Virus record (IMG/VR): IMGVR_UViG_3300042323_000878
Span: 1 to 55,988 of that record
DNA from: a virus
Lineage: Duplodnaviria > Caudoviricetes
DNA length: 55,988 nucleotides
Reading direction: 5' to 3' (one strand)
Shown here: piece by piece, positions 46,693-55,960 of the stretch
How positions within the stretch are numbered: position 1 is the first letter of the stretch
How the letters are laid out: each line of letters begins with the position of its first letter
Translations under genes and position numbers: made by a program
Notes under the pieces: generated by a model
Told to the model about the DNA's origin: nothing
What the model saw: only the letters and a program-made list of their open reading frames with translations
Databases searched by the model: none

Positions 46693-48498
46693 TTATGCAA
46701 CCTCAGCAATGTAGTTCAAAGGGGACTTGGCGTTGGCGCTGATTTTGCCTTTGGCCAAATTGCGACCCTTGTGTTGGCGCAATTTTTCGCGCATCTGATT
46801 GAGCTTCATTGCGCCTGCTTTTGTCGACCCATCACCGAGCATGGCGACCGTTTCTGCGTCCATAACGTATTCGCCGTCCGACAAGCGAGCGTCGATTGTG
46901 TCGTCTCGACCAGAACCGCCGCCTTGCGCCAACCGCATCATCGCCAATCCACCAGAAGCCATTGTCATCGGGGCAGGCGTGTAGTTGGAGCCTGCTTGGG
47001 CGGATGGGTCGGGCTTGTTGTATGCGCCGCCAGTAATGTTCTGCCAGTTGCTGGACATGTATTGCGACAAAGGCATATTTTGTTGTTGCGCATCGCTCAT
47101 CAACTTGCCCCAATCCCAATACTGATTCGGGCGGTTGAAATATTCTTGCTGAGAAGGGCTCAGCTTTTGTATCTCAGGAGCAATGTCTTGTGGCACTGCA
47201 CTCATAGAGCCGAGCGCAGCGAGTGTGCCAACGTTCATCAGTGCGCTGCCTGTGGCTTTGTTGAGGCCTAGGTTGGTGCCGTCTATGCCTGTGCCCGTGC
47301 CTGTTGCTGCTTGAGGGCTTGCGCCGCCACGTGCCGCAACTTCAAATTCAGGGCCAGACATTGTGTCGATGCTTGGGCGTGAAGCGTATTGTTCGAATTC
47401 AGGGCCAGACATGGCATTGACTTTGGCCAGTTGGGAGTCGTATGCGCCCATGTCGATGTCCAATCCATCGACAGATTTTTGTCCGATGGAAAGGGGCTTT
47501 ACAGCGGCAGCGCTCATTCCTCCTGAGACAAGACTGCCGAGCAAGGCTTGTTGCGGGGTGTATCCTGCGGCCATAGAGTCTCCAAAAGTCTTGCCCCCAG
47601 ACGTCAACGCCCTGCCCAGCGCACCGGTGTTGCCTGCAGCAAGATCCGCAACTTTGCTGCCTGCGTACGTGCCCAAGCCGCCCATGAGCGCTCCTTGCTC
47701 GAAGCCCTTGCCTTGCGCCATGGAGCCCAAACCTCCGGCAAGAGAATTTCCGATCAAGTTCTGAGTCACGCCAGAAAGAGCTGACCCTCCCATGGACTGG
47801 ACCAACCCGCTCGCGCCACCACCTATCATGGACCCCAACCCGCCGCCCAGAGCGCCGCCAAGAGCGCCTTGCGCAAAGTTGCCGCCAGTCAATGCAGAGG
47901 TCGCGCCGCCCAAGAGGGCAGAACCCACAATCCCGAGGCCTGGGAACATGATATTGGCCGCAATAGGAACAGCAATTTTAACGATGTCGCCCAAGAATCC
48001 GCCGCCGCCTTTGAACTCGCGCAACCCGGTGTTGGGGTTGACGGTGCCGGAACCGCCCATGGCCTTGAGCACGGCGGCTTCGCGCGGGTTGATGTGGGCG
48101 AGCATTGTGTCGCCGCCGCGCCCCATGGATGCGATTTGCGCTAACCCGCCGTGGGCAAAGGCTTGCTGTTCCATGGGCTGCGGTTGTTGCTGGCTCATGC
48201 GAGAGGCAACATCGTGCAACGCTGCGAGCATGATTAGCAGCAATTTCTCGTTGAACTCTTCGGGCAAGTCGCCCGCACTGACAAAGCCTTTTTGGATGGC
48301 GGTTTGCAACACCATCTGATACTGGTCCGGGTTCTCGAGCACGAATTCGAGGGCCTTGATCACTTCGATGACCGCCTCGATGCTGATGCCGCGCTGCATT
48401 AGTTGCTGCTCCATCTGATCAGAGGCTTGCTGCATCTGAGGATTCTGAGCAACCATCGCTGCCAATTGTTCGGGTTTAATCATTTTGCTCTCCACCAT
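46693..48498 (-). CDS. Putative internal virion protein
   Basis: GRGGDTMLAHINPREA...GGSGTVNPNTGL.EF, Gly-rich middle and G.DD.I.ARLSDGEYV motifs. Confidence 0.65.
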   Translation of the reverse strand: MVESKMIKPEQLAAMVAQNPQMQQASDQMEQQLMQRGISIEAVIEVIKALEFVLENPDQYQMVLQTAIQKGFVSAGDLPEEFNEKLLLIMLAALHDVASRMSQQQPQPMEQQAFAHGGLAQIASMGRGGDTMLAHINPREAAVLKAMGGSGTVNPNTGLREFKGGGGFLGDIVKIAVPIAANIMFPGLGIVGSALLGGATSALTGGNFAQGALGGALGGGLGSMIGGGASGLVQSMGGSALSGVTQNLIGNSLAGGLGSMAQGKGFEQGALMGGLGTYAGSKVADLAAGNTGALGRALTSGGKTFGDSMAAGYTPQQALLGSLVSGGMSAAAVKPLSIGQKSVDGLDIDMGAYDSQLAKVNAMSGPEFEQYASRPSIDTMSGPEFEVAARGGASPQAATGTGTGIDGTNLGLNKATGSALMNVGTLAALGSMSAVPQDIAPEIQKLSPSQQEYFNRPNQYWDWGKLMSDAQQQNMPLSQYMSSNWQNITGGAYNKPDPSAQAGSNYTPAPMTMASGGLAMMRLAQGGGSGRDDTIDARLSDGEYVMDAETVAMLGDGSTKAGAMKLNQMREKLRQHKGRNLAKGKISANAKSPLNYIAEVA

Positions 48499-48956
48499 TT
48501 ATGCGACTCATATTCGCGTTTCAAAAAACCATAAATCAATAAATCTTCGCCGTCTGGGAACGCCTCTCTCATGCACCCTTCTGCCTTGAACCCCAAGTGC
48601 TCATCGAACCGCACCGCGCCTGCGTTGCTCTTGCGGACGAGGCCTGTGACGCGCTTGGCGTTCAGGGTGTCGAAAACATAGCCAAACAACCCATTGAACA
48701 TGGCCACAATCGCGCCAGGCGTGGCCCAGGACGATCCTTCGGTCGCAGCGGTGTGCATGTCCACATTGCGGCTCGTGAAGTTGCTCATGACCACAACAAA
48801 CACAAATTCCCCTTCTTTGTTCACGCAGCTCATCGCTCGGCACAATCCAGTCGGACAAGTTATGCCTAAGACCTCTTTTGCCCAGCTGATCGCTTCTCCT
48901 TCTCGCTCGAATCCAATGAATCTCAAAGCAACGCTCCCACAAATCTGTCTGCCCAT
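48480..48956 (-). CDS. GNAT-fold acetyltransferase-like virion-module protein
   Basis: F.YVF..L...RVTG.V...N..A.RF.E.LGF..EG..R. The true start may be a downstream TTG near 48926. Confidence 0.75.
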   Translation of the reverse strand: MGRQICGSVALRFIGFEREGEAISWAKEVLGITCPTGLCRAMSCVNKEGEFVFVVVMSNFTSRNVDMHTAATEGSSWATPGAIVAMFNGLFGYVFDTLNAKRVTGLVRKSNAGAVRFDEHLGFKAEGCMREAFPDGEDLLIYGFLKREYESHKWWRAK

Positions 48957-49150
48957 TCGTTCCAGTTATCGAACCCGTACGGGTCTGGCACCCCTTTGCC
49001 CAAAGCAACGATGTTGCGGAATTGCACCGCCCAGTCTTGCCATCGAGCTTCGTCGTCCAGCCGCCCCAAAGCCGCGTACGAGTCCAACTCCAACACAACA
49101 CAGTCTGACCAGTCTCTGACGGTCATTCCTGTCGGGCGCGTAATGTTCAT
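48923..49150 (-). CDS. Small conserved tail-module protein
   Basis: W.DW...WQDWA...PDPYGF.NW.EWA motif; ATGA overlap. Confidence 0.7.
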   Translation of the reverse strand: MNITRPTGMTVRDWSDCVVLELDSYAALGRLDDEARWQDWAVQFRNIVALGKGVPDPYGFDNWNEWADRFVGALL

Positions 49151-50679
49151 CCGCCCACCATCGTGCCGTCTCCCGGCTCCATGTGCCCGATGATCAGGCC
49201 CATCTGATAGTCGCCGCCAATCACATTCGAACGAAACTTCACGCGCAACTGTCGGCGCTGCTCTTTGAGCGAGATGATTTGTTCGCTAGGAATGCTGGCG
49301 ACCTCAGGAATGGGAAATTCCACGCTGTCCACGTCTGGCGCTCTTGCGTTGGCTCGCCCAACAATTTGCACAGTCATAGGGCCTGTTTGAACAAAGTCAG
49401 GTTCAATCGCGGCTATGCGCACTTTTTTGTTTACGCCGCGCAGCGTGATCAGCGAGATGTCGCAGGTCACAAAGTACGAGTCTATCGGGTAAATTGCAGC
49501 GCCGTCGATTGCGTCGACGCCTGATTCGTGGATCCAAACTTTGTACGTGCTTGTGTCTGTTTCCGCACTCGCCATCAATGGTGCAGGAAAGAGGTTGCTG
49601 AATGTTGCCGATGTGCGCCCGATAGAAGGCAGCTCTGTGTCGTACCAAGACTGCTCTCGTGTGTTGAAAATTATTGCGTGCGAGCATTCAGTGGCGCTGC
49701 CTCTTGGATAGCACCACCATATCTCGCCATGTCTGGGCACAGCAAAAGAAAATATTTTGGGCTTTTGGGCCGGGTTGATGTTGTCGAAGAACCAGTTCAT
49801 GTTCATGGTGTTGGGCACTTCGCGCACGACCCCGTTGAACATGAAGAATCTGTCTACTCCGGCCCAATAGATGACGCCGTCCATATCGACGACCGCGTCT
49901 GGGGAGATTATCGAGGTGCCGGTGGCGATGGTGTCGAAATTGAATATCGCGGCACCTCCTGTGAAGGACGAGCGCAGCACAGCGTCGTACGCGATGAACA
50001 ACCCTGCAGGCGCAGAGCCTGAGCCTGCGCGCAAGGGCATACCCTTAATTATCTTGCTGCCCCAAGGCCGAGCCTGTCCGGAGCCCACGCCTGTCAGGTC
50101 TGTAGGTTGCCCTGCCACCGACCAGCCAATTATCCCGTTGCTGCCGTAATAAAACAGATACGGACTGAGGTTGACGATGCCGCCAGTGGCGTTTGCGTTG
50201 GCTGGTAGCGTCACAGCGGTGAGTGCGGAAGTGCCAATCGCGTCGCCTGTGAATATTTGGCCACCCACCGCATTCGCCAAAGATGCGTTGTTGGGCGCAA
50301 CGTGAGCGACAATGACTTGGTTGGTGCCGGAGGTGTTGTACGCAAAGTCGAACATCCACTTGTTGTCCGTCGACGCCGTCAAGCCCACCGGCGTCCTGTC
50401 AAAAATCACCGAGCTGTTGCCTGCCGCATCTATCGTGAATCTCTCTAGCGTAGAAGCGCCGCCAGAGTGACAATAAACCAAGTCCCCTTCCACAAACGAA
50501 GCCAACCCGCGCGATGTCTGAGAAAGGTATTTAGAAATGCTGCGGAAGCCGTTAATCTTGCGGGGCAAGCCCCGTTGAAACCGCACCCACTGCCCGTCGG
50601 TGTAATAGTCGCCGTCGAATGAGGTGCCGTCGCGCTTGATGCCGGGCTTGGAGACGACAGGAGAGGTTTGAGCGGCCAC
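49147..50679 (-). CDS. Tail nozzle / DNA-stabilisation protein (P22 gp10-like)
   Basis: PGIKRDGT...DGQWVRFQRGLPRKI.G start and GEIWWCYP. Probable GTG start at 50679, since the longer track ORF overlaps the upstream gene. Confidence 0.7.
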   Translation of the reverse strand: MAAQTSPVVSKPGIKRDGTSFDGDYYTDGQWVRFQRGLPRKINGFRSISKYLSQTSRGLASFVEGDLVYCHSGGASTLERFTIDAAGNSSVIFDRTPVGLTASTDNKWMFDFAYNTSGTNQVIVAHVAPNNASLANAVGGQIFTGDAIGTSALTAVTLPANANATGGIVNLSPYLFYYGSNGIIGWSVAGQPTDLTGVGSGQARPWGSKIIKGMPLRAGSGSAPAGLFIAYDAVLRSSFTGGAAIFNFDTIATGTSIISPDAVVDMDGVIYWAGVDRFFMFNGVVREVPNTMNMNWFFDNINPAQKPKIFSFAVPRHGEIWWCYPRGSATECSHAIIFNTREQSWYDTELPSIGRTSATFSNLFPAPLMASAETDTSTYKVWIHESGVDAIDGAAIYPIDSYFVTCDISLITLRGVNKKVRIAAIEPDFVQTGPMTVQIVGRANARAPDVDSVEFPIPEVASIPSEQIISLKEQRRQLRVKFRSNVIGGDYQMGLIIGHMEPGDGTMVGG

Positions 50680-50681
50680 GC

Positions 50682-51860
50682 TTAAAAAGTTCCGCTGGTG
50701 TTGAGCGCTGCGAATGCTGCGTTTGCGTCTGCCGCTGTGAACACGCCAATGCCCACAGACGTCCCTCCCAAGTTGATCAGCGCCCCTCCTGGCGAAGTCG
50801 CCCCGGTGCCGCCTTGCGCAACGGACACAGGCAGAGAAACTCCGCTGGTGGAAGCGGTCACGACATTGGCCCCGTTGCAATAGAGGATGGACGTGCTACC
50901 GGCCAAAACACCTGAGCCAGACCCCGCAGCAGTCTTCACCGTCAACGTGAACGCACCCGTCGTGTTGTTGCTGACCCAATACTGCTGCACGGTTGCCGGC
51001 ACAATTATGACCCGGTTGCCCGTCAAGACGCCCGTAAAATTGTAAGATATGCGGTTCAACTCGCTGCCGGTGAGCGTGTAGTTGCCGGTGCCGGGAACAG
51101 CGATGGCCGTGTAATCGAACCCAAAAGACGTTGCTTTGCCGTAACCGATGGTGTAAAAGTTGGTTCCGTCGGTCACAATTATTGCCGACTCCAGCGGAGC
51201 AAAAGTCTTGGTCGAAGAACCGTCGATCAGAGGCGACCCGGTCGGATCCACCACCAACGACCCACTGCCTGCGTTGCGCACCATCAAGAACCAATTGTTG
51301 CCGACCGTGCCGGGCAATGGTAGCGTGAATGTGCCTCCCGCGCCCGTCCACACATACATGATGCCACGGTCGCTGGTGCCTGCGGAGAAGTTGGAATTGA
51401 ACGTCACCACAGGCACCGCAGGGCTGAGCGCGGAGCCGATGGCGACAAGCCCAGTGCCTGCGAGCGCGGCTGCGTTTTCAGCGGACGCTTGTGCGCCGTA
51501 TTGCAGCGCTGTCCAAACGCCAGCGGAGGTGAGGTTGACGGTTAAGTAAACTTGCCAAGAAACTCCCGGAGCAACCGAAGCAACAGAAACCCCTGCCGCG
51601 TTCAAAACGCTGAAAGCAAAAGCGCCTTTGTTGTTGAAGAGGATCGTCTCTCCGTTGCTCACTTGCGTAGCGTCAGGCAGCGTGATGGTGAGCGACCCCG
51701 CACTCGCCGTCACATCCATTATTCGGGCAGCATAATTTGCACCGGTCGAGGTCTCTTGCGGCCACAAAAGCGTTAAGTTTGCGCTGAGCGCAACCGCTGA
51801 ATAAGAAAGCTCAGAAGGGGATATTGGCGTGCCGCCAAAAACGTCTGTGTAGGTCGTCAC
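50682..51860 (-). CDS. Tail (fibre-proximal) structural protein
   Basis: 392 aa, Thr/Gly/Ser-rich with TLPDA and VAQGGTGATS motifs. Confidence 0.65.
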   Translation of the reverse strand: MTTYTDVFGGTPISPSELSYSAVALSANLTLLWPQETSTGANYAARIMDVTASAGSLTITLPDATQVSNGETILFNNKGAFAFSVLNAAGVSVASVAPGVSWQVYLTVNLTSAGVWTALQYGAQASAENAAALAGTGLVAIGSALSPAVPVVTFNSNFSAGTSDRGIMYVWTGAGGTFTLPLPGTVGNNWFLMVRNAGSGSLVVDPTGSPLIDGSSTKTFAPLESAIIVTDGTNFYTIGYGKATSFGFDYTAIAVPGTGNYTLTGSELNRISYNFTGVLTGNRVIIVPATVQQYWVSNNTTGAFTLTVKTAAGSGSGVLAGSTSILYCNGANVVTASTSGVSLPVSVAQGGTGATSPGGALINLGGTSVGIGVFTAADANAAFAALNTSGTF

Positions 51861-52492
51861 GCTTCGCTCCTAGAGGCAGCACGGTCGAGTATCTTTTTCA
51901 AGTCCTCCCCGTCGATTGCTTGCGCTGCACGGTCATACGCGGCTTGCCAAGTGGCAATGCGCTCGTCGTTCTTGATGAACGGGGAAGCTTCCAACAACAC
52001 CGCATACTGCAACAAGTTCGGGATGTACGCGGTCATCCAATTCACCTCGTTCGCCTCGTCTAGCAATTGAGGTTGCTCGTAATAGAGCACCTCCATCAAG
52101 GCGGAAGCGTTGGGTGTTGGCGCAATGAGCCAATTTTGGTAATTGTAGTCTGCGTAAAATTCAGGCGTCGCTGTGAGTGCGTCGTCTGGCCAATAGCTGC
52201 GGCAGTATTCGTAAGAGCGCGCGAAGAGAGGTTCGCCAGCGACCCGGATCGAAATGGTTTCGCGCCAGCGGTCGGGCTTCTGATAAGTGGACTGACCCAC
52301 GACGATAGGGGTGGTGACGGCCTTGATAAAGCCTTGCAGCTTTAACTCGCGCGCGATGCGCCGCTCTGCCATGTTGATCAGGCGCGGCAACTGCTCGTAA
52401 ACATACGGGTCATCCTGCGCCGTGAATCCGCGCTCCAGATAGCGCCGGGTGTCGTCCTGCAAAGAGCTGAAAGTCATTGTGTAAGCCATCAC
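51857..52492 (-). CDS. Tail adaptor / head-tail connector protein
   Basis: LP.LI.MAE.RI.REL, IAPTP and P.LL.Y..LLEA.PF.KNDER...W motifs. Confidence 0.7.
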   Translation of the reverse strand: MMAYTMTFSSLQDDTRRYLERGFTAQDDPYVYEQLPRLINMAERRIARELKLQGFIKAVTTPIVVGQSTYQKPDRWRETISIRVAGEPLFARSYEYCRSYWPDDALTATPEFYADYNYQNWLIAPTPNASALMEVLYYEQPQLLDEANEVNWMTAYIPNLLQYAVLLEASPFIKNDERIATWQAAYDRAAQAIDGEDLKKILDRAASRSEA

Positions 52493-52537
52493 TGTGTCCT
52501 TTGAGAAACAGCTGCTTGTACAGTCAGCGATTGCTTG

Positions 52538-52566
52538 ATTATATCCTGAAAATTCATTTTCGCAAA
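52538..52566 (-). promoter_or_regulatory. Sigma70-like promoter (copy 4 of 4)
   Basis: TTTGCgaaaatgaattttcaggaTATAAT on the minus strand. Confidence 0.7.
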
Positions 52567-53030
52567 ATATCTACGGCTGCGTTGTATTGGGAGTAGCAGG
52601 CTTTAAGCCCGAGCCTAAGCTCGTCTGCGTCCCGAGCGAGCCGCGCAAGAAATTCGCTATCGCTTTTGTAAAGTCCTGCTCCAGTGCAGCCTGCGGGAGT
52701 TCCTGCATCGGCGGGAGCTGCGGAGGCTGGACGATTGGGGCGTGACGACAACCACTCAACAAGAGCAGCGTTATCAGTGCGGAGCTTGAGACTTTCATCT
52801 TGATATTTCCTTTGTTGAGTTGCTATTGTCGCGTTGAGCGCTTGCTCTTTGGCCCTTGCGTCTTGGCCGGCCTTGACCGCCGCTTGTGCAGCAGCAAACA
52901 TCTGCTCGTTCCATTCGGCACGACACTCTGCGCCGCCCATCTTGTAGGCTTTCCAATGGCTCGCGGCCAAAGCCACTGCCACAGCGACTGCTGCCCAGAT
53001 GTGCCAGTTAAAGACCAGACCTAGAGGCAT
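52554..53030 (-). CDS. Rz: Inner-membrane spanin (Rz-like)
   Basis: N-terminal TM, coiled coil and C-terminal CTGA.L...AD.LR..L..C, in the lysis cassette. Confidence 0.8.
   Translation of the reverse strand: MPLGLVFNWHIWAAVAVAVALAASHWKAYKMGGAECRAEWNEQMFAAAQAAVKAGQDARAKEQALNATIATQQRKYQDESLKLRTDNAALVEWLSSRPNRPASAAPADAGTPAGCTGAGLYKSDSEFLARLARDADELRLGLKACYSQYNAAVDILRK
52571..52798 (-). CDS. Rz1: Outer-membrane lipoprotein spanin (Rz1-like), nested in Rz
   Basis: Signal peptide with lipobox LLSG-C and Pro-rich mature part, fully embedded in an alternate frame. Confidence 0.75.
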   Translation of the reverse strand: MKVSSSALITLLLLSGCRHAPIVQPPQLPPMQELPQAALEQDFTKAIANFLRGSLGTQTSLGSGLKPATPNTTQP

Positions 53031-53349
53031 CGCTGTCTCGCTTCAAGTCGATGTAGTTCCGCAGCGCTTTTGCGCCTGTCCATGTCGCCATATAGAGGCC
53101 TGCGTACCATTCCGTCATCTTGCCATCTTGGATCAATGCCACAAACCCCCATGTGGACACAACAAGCGCAGTGGTCAGCCCGACCTTCTCCACGCCGATC
53201 TTGCCTGTCTTGTTATCCAGCAGCATGTGCCGCAAATCAAACTCACCCGGCTCTTTGTGCCACAACCACAACAAGTATGCTGTGACAATGCTGCCAAACA
53301 GCAGCGCTACCATCGACGGGTCTTGCAGGAAGTTGAGCCAGTCCATCAC
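53008..53349 (-). CDS. Putative holin
   Basis: Three hydrophobic segments; lies between endolysin and spanins. Confidence 0.55.
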   Translation of the reverse strand: MMDWLNFLQDPSMVALLFGSIVTAYLLWLWHKEPGEFDLRHMLLDNKTGKIGVEKVGLTTALVVSTWGFVALIQDGKMTEWYAGLYMATWTGAKALRNYIDLKRDSDASRSGL

Positions 53350-53789
53350 GCCACTTCCGAAGGGTTGTTGACGTCAATCCAGACATCCTCACCTTGGGCA
53401 ATTGCTTGCCTGACCACGGTTTTAACCAATGCCACAGCAGGGCGCGAAGTACCGGCAACAAGGCTCCGGTCTGTTGCAGTCATGCCTAGCAAGGGGCATC
53501 CTTCCGTGTCGGCTGCGGTGTTGCCCGCGTGTATACGGACAAACTGAAAGCCAGGCACATCGTGAATGGTTAATGTTTCAGGCCCGAAGCGCGGGGAGTT
53601 TTCCAGCGTCACCCGATAGCGGCCAGCGGGGATGGCGGTCTTGCCTTTGATCTTCCACTGGCTGATAGGTGTGTCAAACACTTCGCGGATCTCGTCTTCA
53701 AGCGTGTGGCACAAAAACTTGTCATTAGCGTACAGCTTGCCAAGCGTTGCGCCTGCGTGACTCTGTGATCGATTAAGAACCAAGTTCAT
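53346..53789 (-). CDS. DUF5675-family putative endolysin (L,D-peptidase-like)
   Basis: TLG.L...C.TLED, TAIP.G.Y, SPRFG and IH.GN...DT.GC.L.G motifs. ATG 53789 overlaps the upstream stop. Confidence 0.8.
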   Translation of the reverse strand: MNLVLNRSQSHAGATLGKLYANDKFLCHTLEDEIREVFDTPISQWKIKGKTAIPAGRYRVTLENSPRFGPETLTIHDVPGFQFVRIHAGNTAADTEGCPLLGMTATDRSLVAGTSRPAVALVKTVVRQAIAQGEDVWIDVNNPSEVA

Positions 53790-54178
53790 AGCCACCCCAA
53801 CTTCTTCGCTGCTGTTGCGACTGCCAATCCAACAACCGCAAACACAGACCGGTCGACCCAAACGCTCGCCCTCTTGCCGTCCGGGGCTATTTCCTCAAGT
53901 CGCTTTGTGCGCTCTTCGAGTTTTTTGAGTGAAAGTGCAGAATGCTCTAACGCAGGGACAGAAGTTTCGAGCTTGATGAGCCTGACGTCCACCTTCTCCA
54001 ATGCAACGAATGCTCTTTCTGTGGCTGCCGCGCCGTTTGCTTGGCGCTCTTCAATCACGCTCAATCGGTTGACCGATTCGGTTAAGCTCTTTAGCACGAG
54101 TTTCATCTCGCTGACGTTGTCTTGTATGGCGTCTAGCTTGACCCCATACGCGTCAGTGATTCTGCGGTCTTCTGTCAT
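53786..54178 (-). CDS. Coiled-coil protein with a C-terminal TM (lysis-cassette membrane protein)
   Basis: Heptad-rich body with a hydrophobic C-terminus. Confidence 0.6.
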   Translation of the reverse strand: MTEDRRITDAYGVKLDAIQDNVSEMKLVLKSLTESVNRLSVIEERQANGAAATERAFVALEKVDVRLIKLETSVPALEHSALSLKKLEERTKRLEEIAPDGKRASVWVDRSVFAVVGLAVATAAKKLGWL

Positions 54179-54369
54179 TTTTCGTCCAATGGTTTGCTGG
54201 TCAAGACGCGCAGCACTGCGATTGCAACGCTCACAACAACGCCGACATACATCTGTTGCGTTGGCGTTATTGGGAGCATCGTGATGTAGCCTTGCACGAC
54301 AGAGAGCGCGGCCAAGAAAGCAGCGAAGATCAGGGTCTTAGACTTGAAGAGTTGGATGATGGTCGGCAT
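54175..54369 (-). CDS. Small two-TM holin-like protein
   Basis: KSKT..F, two TM segments and LR.LT.KPL..K. Confidence 0.6.
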   Translation of the reverse strand: MPTIIQLFKSKTLIFAAFLAALSVVQGYITMLPITPTQQMYVGVVVSVAIAVLRVLTSKPLDEK

Positions 54370-54372
54370 GGC

Positions 54373-54777
54373 TTATTCCGTGGTGACTTCGAGGCGAGAC
54401 TGCAGCTCGTCGATGTTTGTGTCTTTTGCTGCCAGTTCTGCTTCTTTAGCTGCAATCAGCGCATCCTTCTCAGCGATGATTCGGTCTTTGTCTGCAAGTG
54501 CAGTTGCATGAGCGCCCAGCGCATTGGCTAGGTCTTGCTCTGCTTTCACTTTTGCGTCGAGGCTGGCGGTGTTGAAAGCTGCCAAGAAAGCGTTGACGTT
54601 AAGGCTCCCCACACCGACATTGAATCCAGCTAGGTCAGCGCCATAGGCTTTGCGCTCGAAGGTTTCGCTGATTACTTCTGTACCGCGCTTGATCTGGTTT
54701 GCCCATTGGACGTTCACCATTTTTGAATCAGGGAGGATGGTGATTTGCTTAATGATTTTGGTTTCTGAGAGTGACAT
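54373..54777 (-). CDS. Tail-fibre-associated (chaperone-like) protein
   Basis: AAGGA SD before ATG 54777 (MSLSETKIIKQITI...), directly after the fibre gene. Confidence 0.6.
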   Translation of the reverse strand: MSLSETKIIKQITILPDSKMVNVQWANQIKRGTEVISETFERKAYGADLAGFNVGVGSLNVNAFLAAFNTASLDAKVKAEQDLANALGAHATALADKDRIIAEKDALIAAKEAELAAKDTNIDELQSRLEVTTE

Positions 54778-54787
54778 GGTGAGTCCT

Positions 54788-55960
54788 TTAGACGAAGTAA
54801 GTTGCAGAGCCGTAAATGATGGTAGAGGTGGCAATGGTGCTTGAAAATAAATTAGTCCCACTGACTAAACAAACACCTGTAATGGAACCTGACGTATTTG
54901 CTGTAAGACTTCCTGTCCCGTTCACGGTCCCAGCAAAAGGCAAGCCTGCGCACGCAATGCCACCAGCCGCAGCCGCGATTGAAGTCGATCCACTCAGAAT
55001 GAAAACAACAGTGACCTGCCTGCCAACTTTCGTATAAGTACCGCTCGAACTAAACGTCCCCACTACAGTAAGCCCAGCGCCTTGCGTAGGCGTCCAAGTT
55101 CCTTCTTCATAATCATCCAGCGTATTCGCATTGCTCGATGCAAGCTGAGTCGCTGGGAAAGCAATGCCGGTGCCTGCTGCGCTTGTTGCGCCTTCGAGGG
55201 CTAGGGTTGTTCCTAGGCCGACTGCGAGGGATTGCGTGAAGGTGATTGCGTTGCCTGCTGTGCCGGAGGGGGATGAGAACCAGCGGAACGTTCCTTGAAA
55301 CTGATCAGATACGGTGGCTTGTGTGCCTGTGGCGATATATTTCCAGCCGCTGTTGTAATAAGCATTGTGCGAAATAATCAAACTTGAGTTATCGCCTCCG
55401 TAGCTAGCACGCCCACTTTGATAGACTTTGTAAGTTGAATCCCAAGCACTCGGAACAACACCTAGGCCGAGGTTTCCAGGCACATCCAATAGCATCTGTG
55501 TAGTGTTATTTGTAATAAACCCAACAGGATGATTTGAGATAGAGCCTATTTCCGGTCTTGTGGAATAACTGATGCCTCCGAAAATCGTCCCGTTGCCAAC
55601 TGCCAGAACCCCGCCGCGAACATCCAACTTATAGGCAGGCGTCCCGCCAACCCCCACATTACCGCTGGCATCTTCCTTAATCGCATTGGTGGTCAGCCTG
55701 CCCGTGGTGGTGATGTCATTGGTGGCAATAGCCACCGGCATGCCCGTTGCCAGGTTAAACACGCTCACCCAGCCGGTATTGGCTGCATTGCGGATTTTGA
55801 GTATCCCGGCCGTCACGTCTGCCCAGGGTTGATAGGCGCGGGTGGTTGTGGGCTCGGTTGCGCCGCTGCTGTGGGTGCCCAGGGCAACCAGTGCGGCGTT
55901 TAGGTCTGACCTGAAGCCAGGAAAGCCTTGATTGGCAATGTCTAAATCGTGCTGTGGCAT
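54788..55960 (-). CDS. Tail fibre protein: C-terminal part shared with the 1-1094 ORF, with an alternative N-terminus at 55651-55960
   Basis: GNVGVG, GNLGLG, GIAFPATQ.ASSNANTLDDYEEGTWTP, YTKVGRQV and GLPF fibre motifs. Confidence 0.85.
   Translation of the reverse strand: MPQHDLDIANQGFPGFRSDLNAALVALGTHSSGATEPTTTRAYQPWADVTAGILKIRNAANTGWVSVFNLATGMPVAIATNDITTTGRLTTNAIKEDASGNVGVGGTPAYKLDVRGGVLAVGNGTIFGGISYSTRPEIGSISNHPVGFITNNTTQMLLDVPGNLGLGVVPSAWDSTYKVYQSGRASYGGDNSSLIISHNAYYNSGWKYIATGTQATVSDQFQGTFRWFSSPSGTAGNAITFTQSLAVGLGTTLALEGATSAAGTGIAFPATQLASSNANTLDDYEEGTWTPTQGAGLTVVGTFSSSGTYTKVGRQVTVVFILSGSTSIAAAAGGIACAGLPFAGTVNGTGSLTANTSGSITGVCLVSGTNLFSSTIATSTIIYGSATYFV
55524..55650. repeat. 127-bp exact direct repeat, copy 2
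   Basis: Identical to 1-127. Confidence 0.95.
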
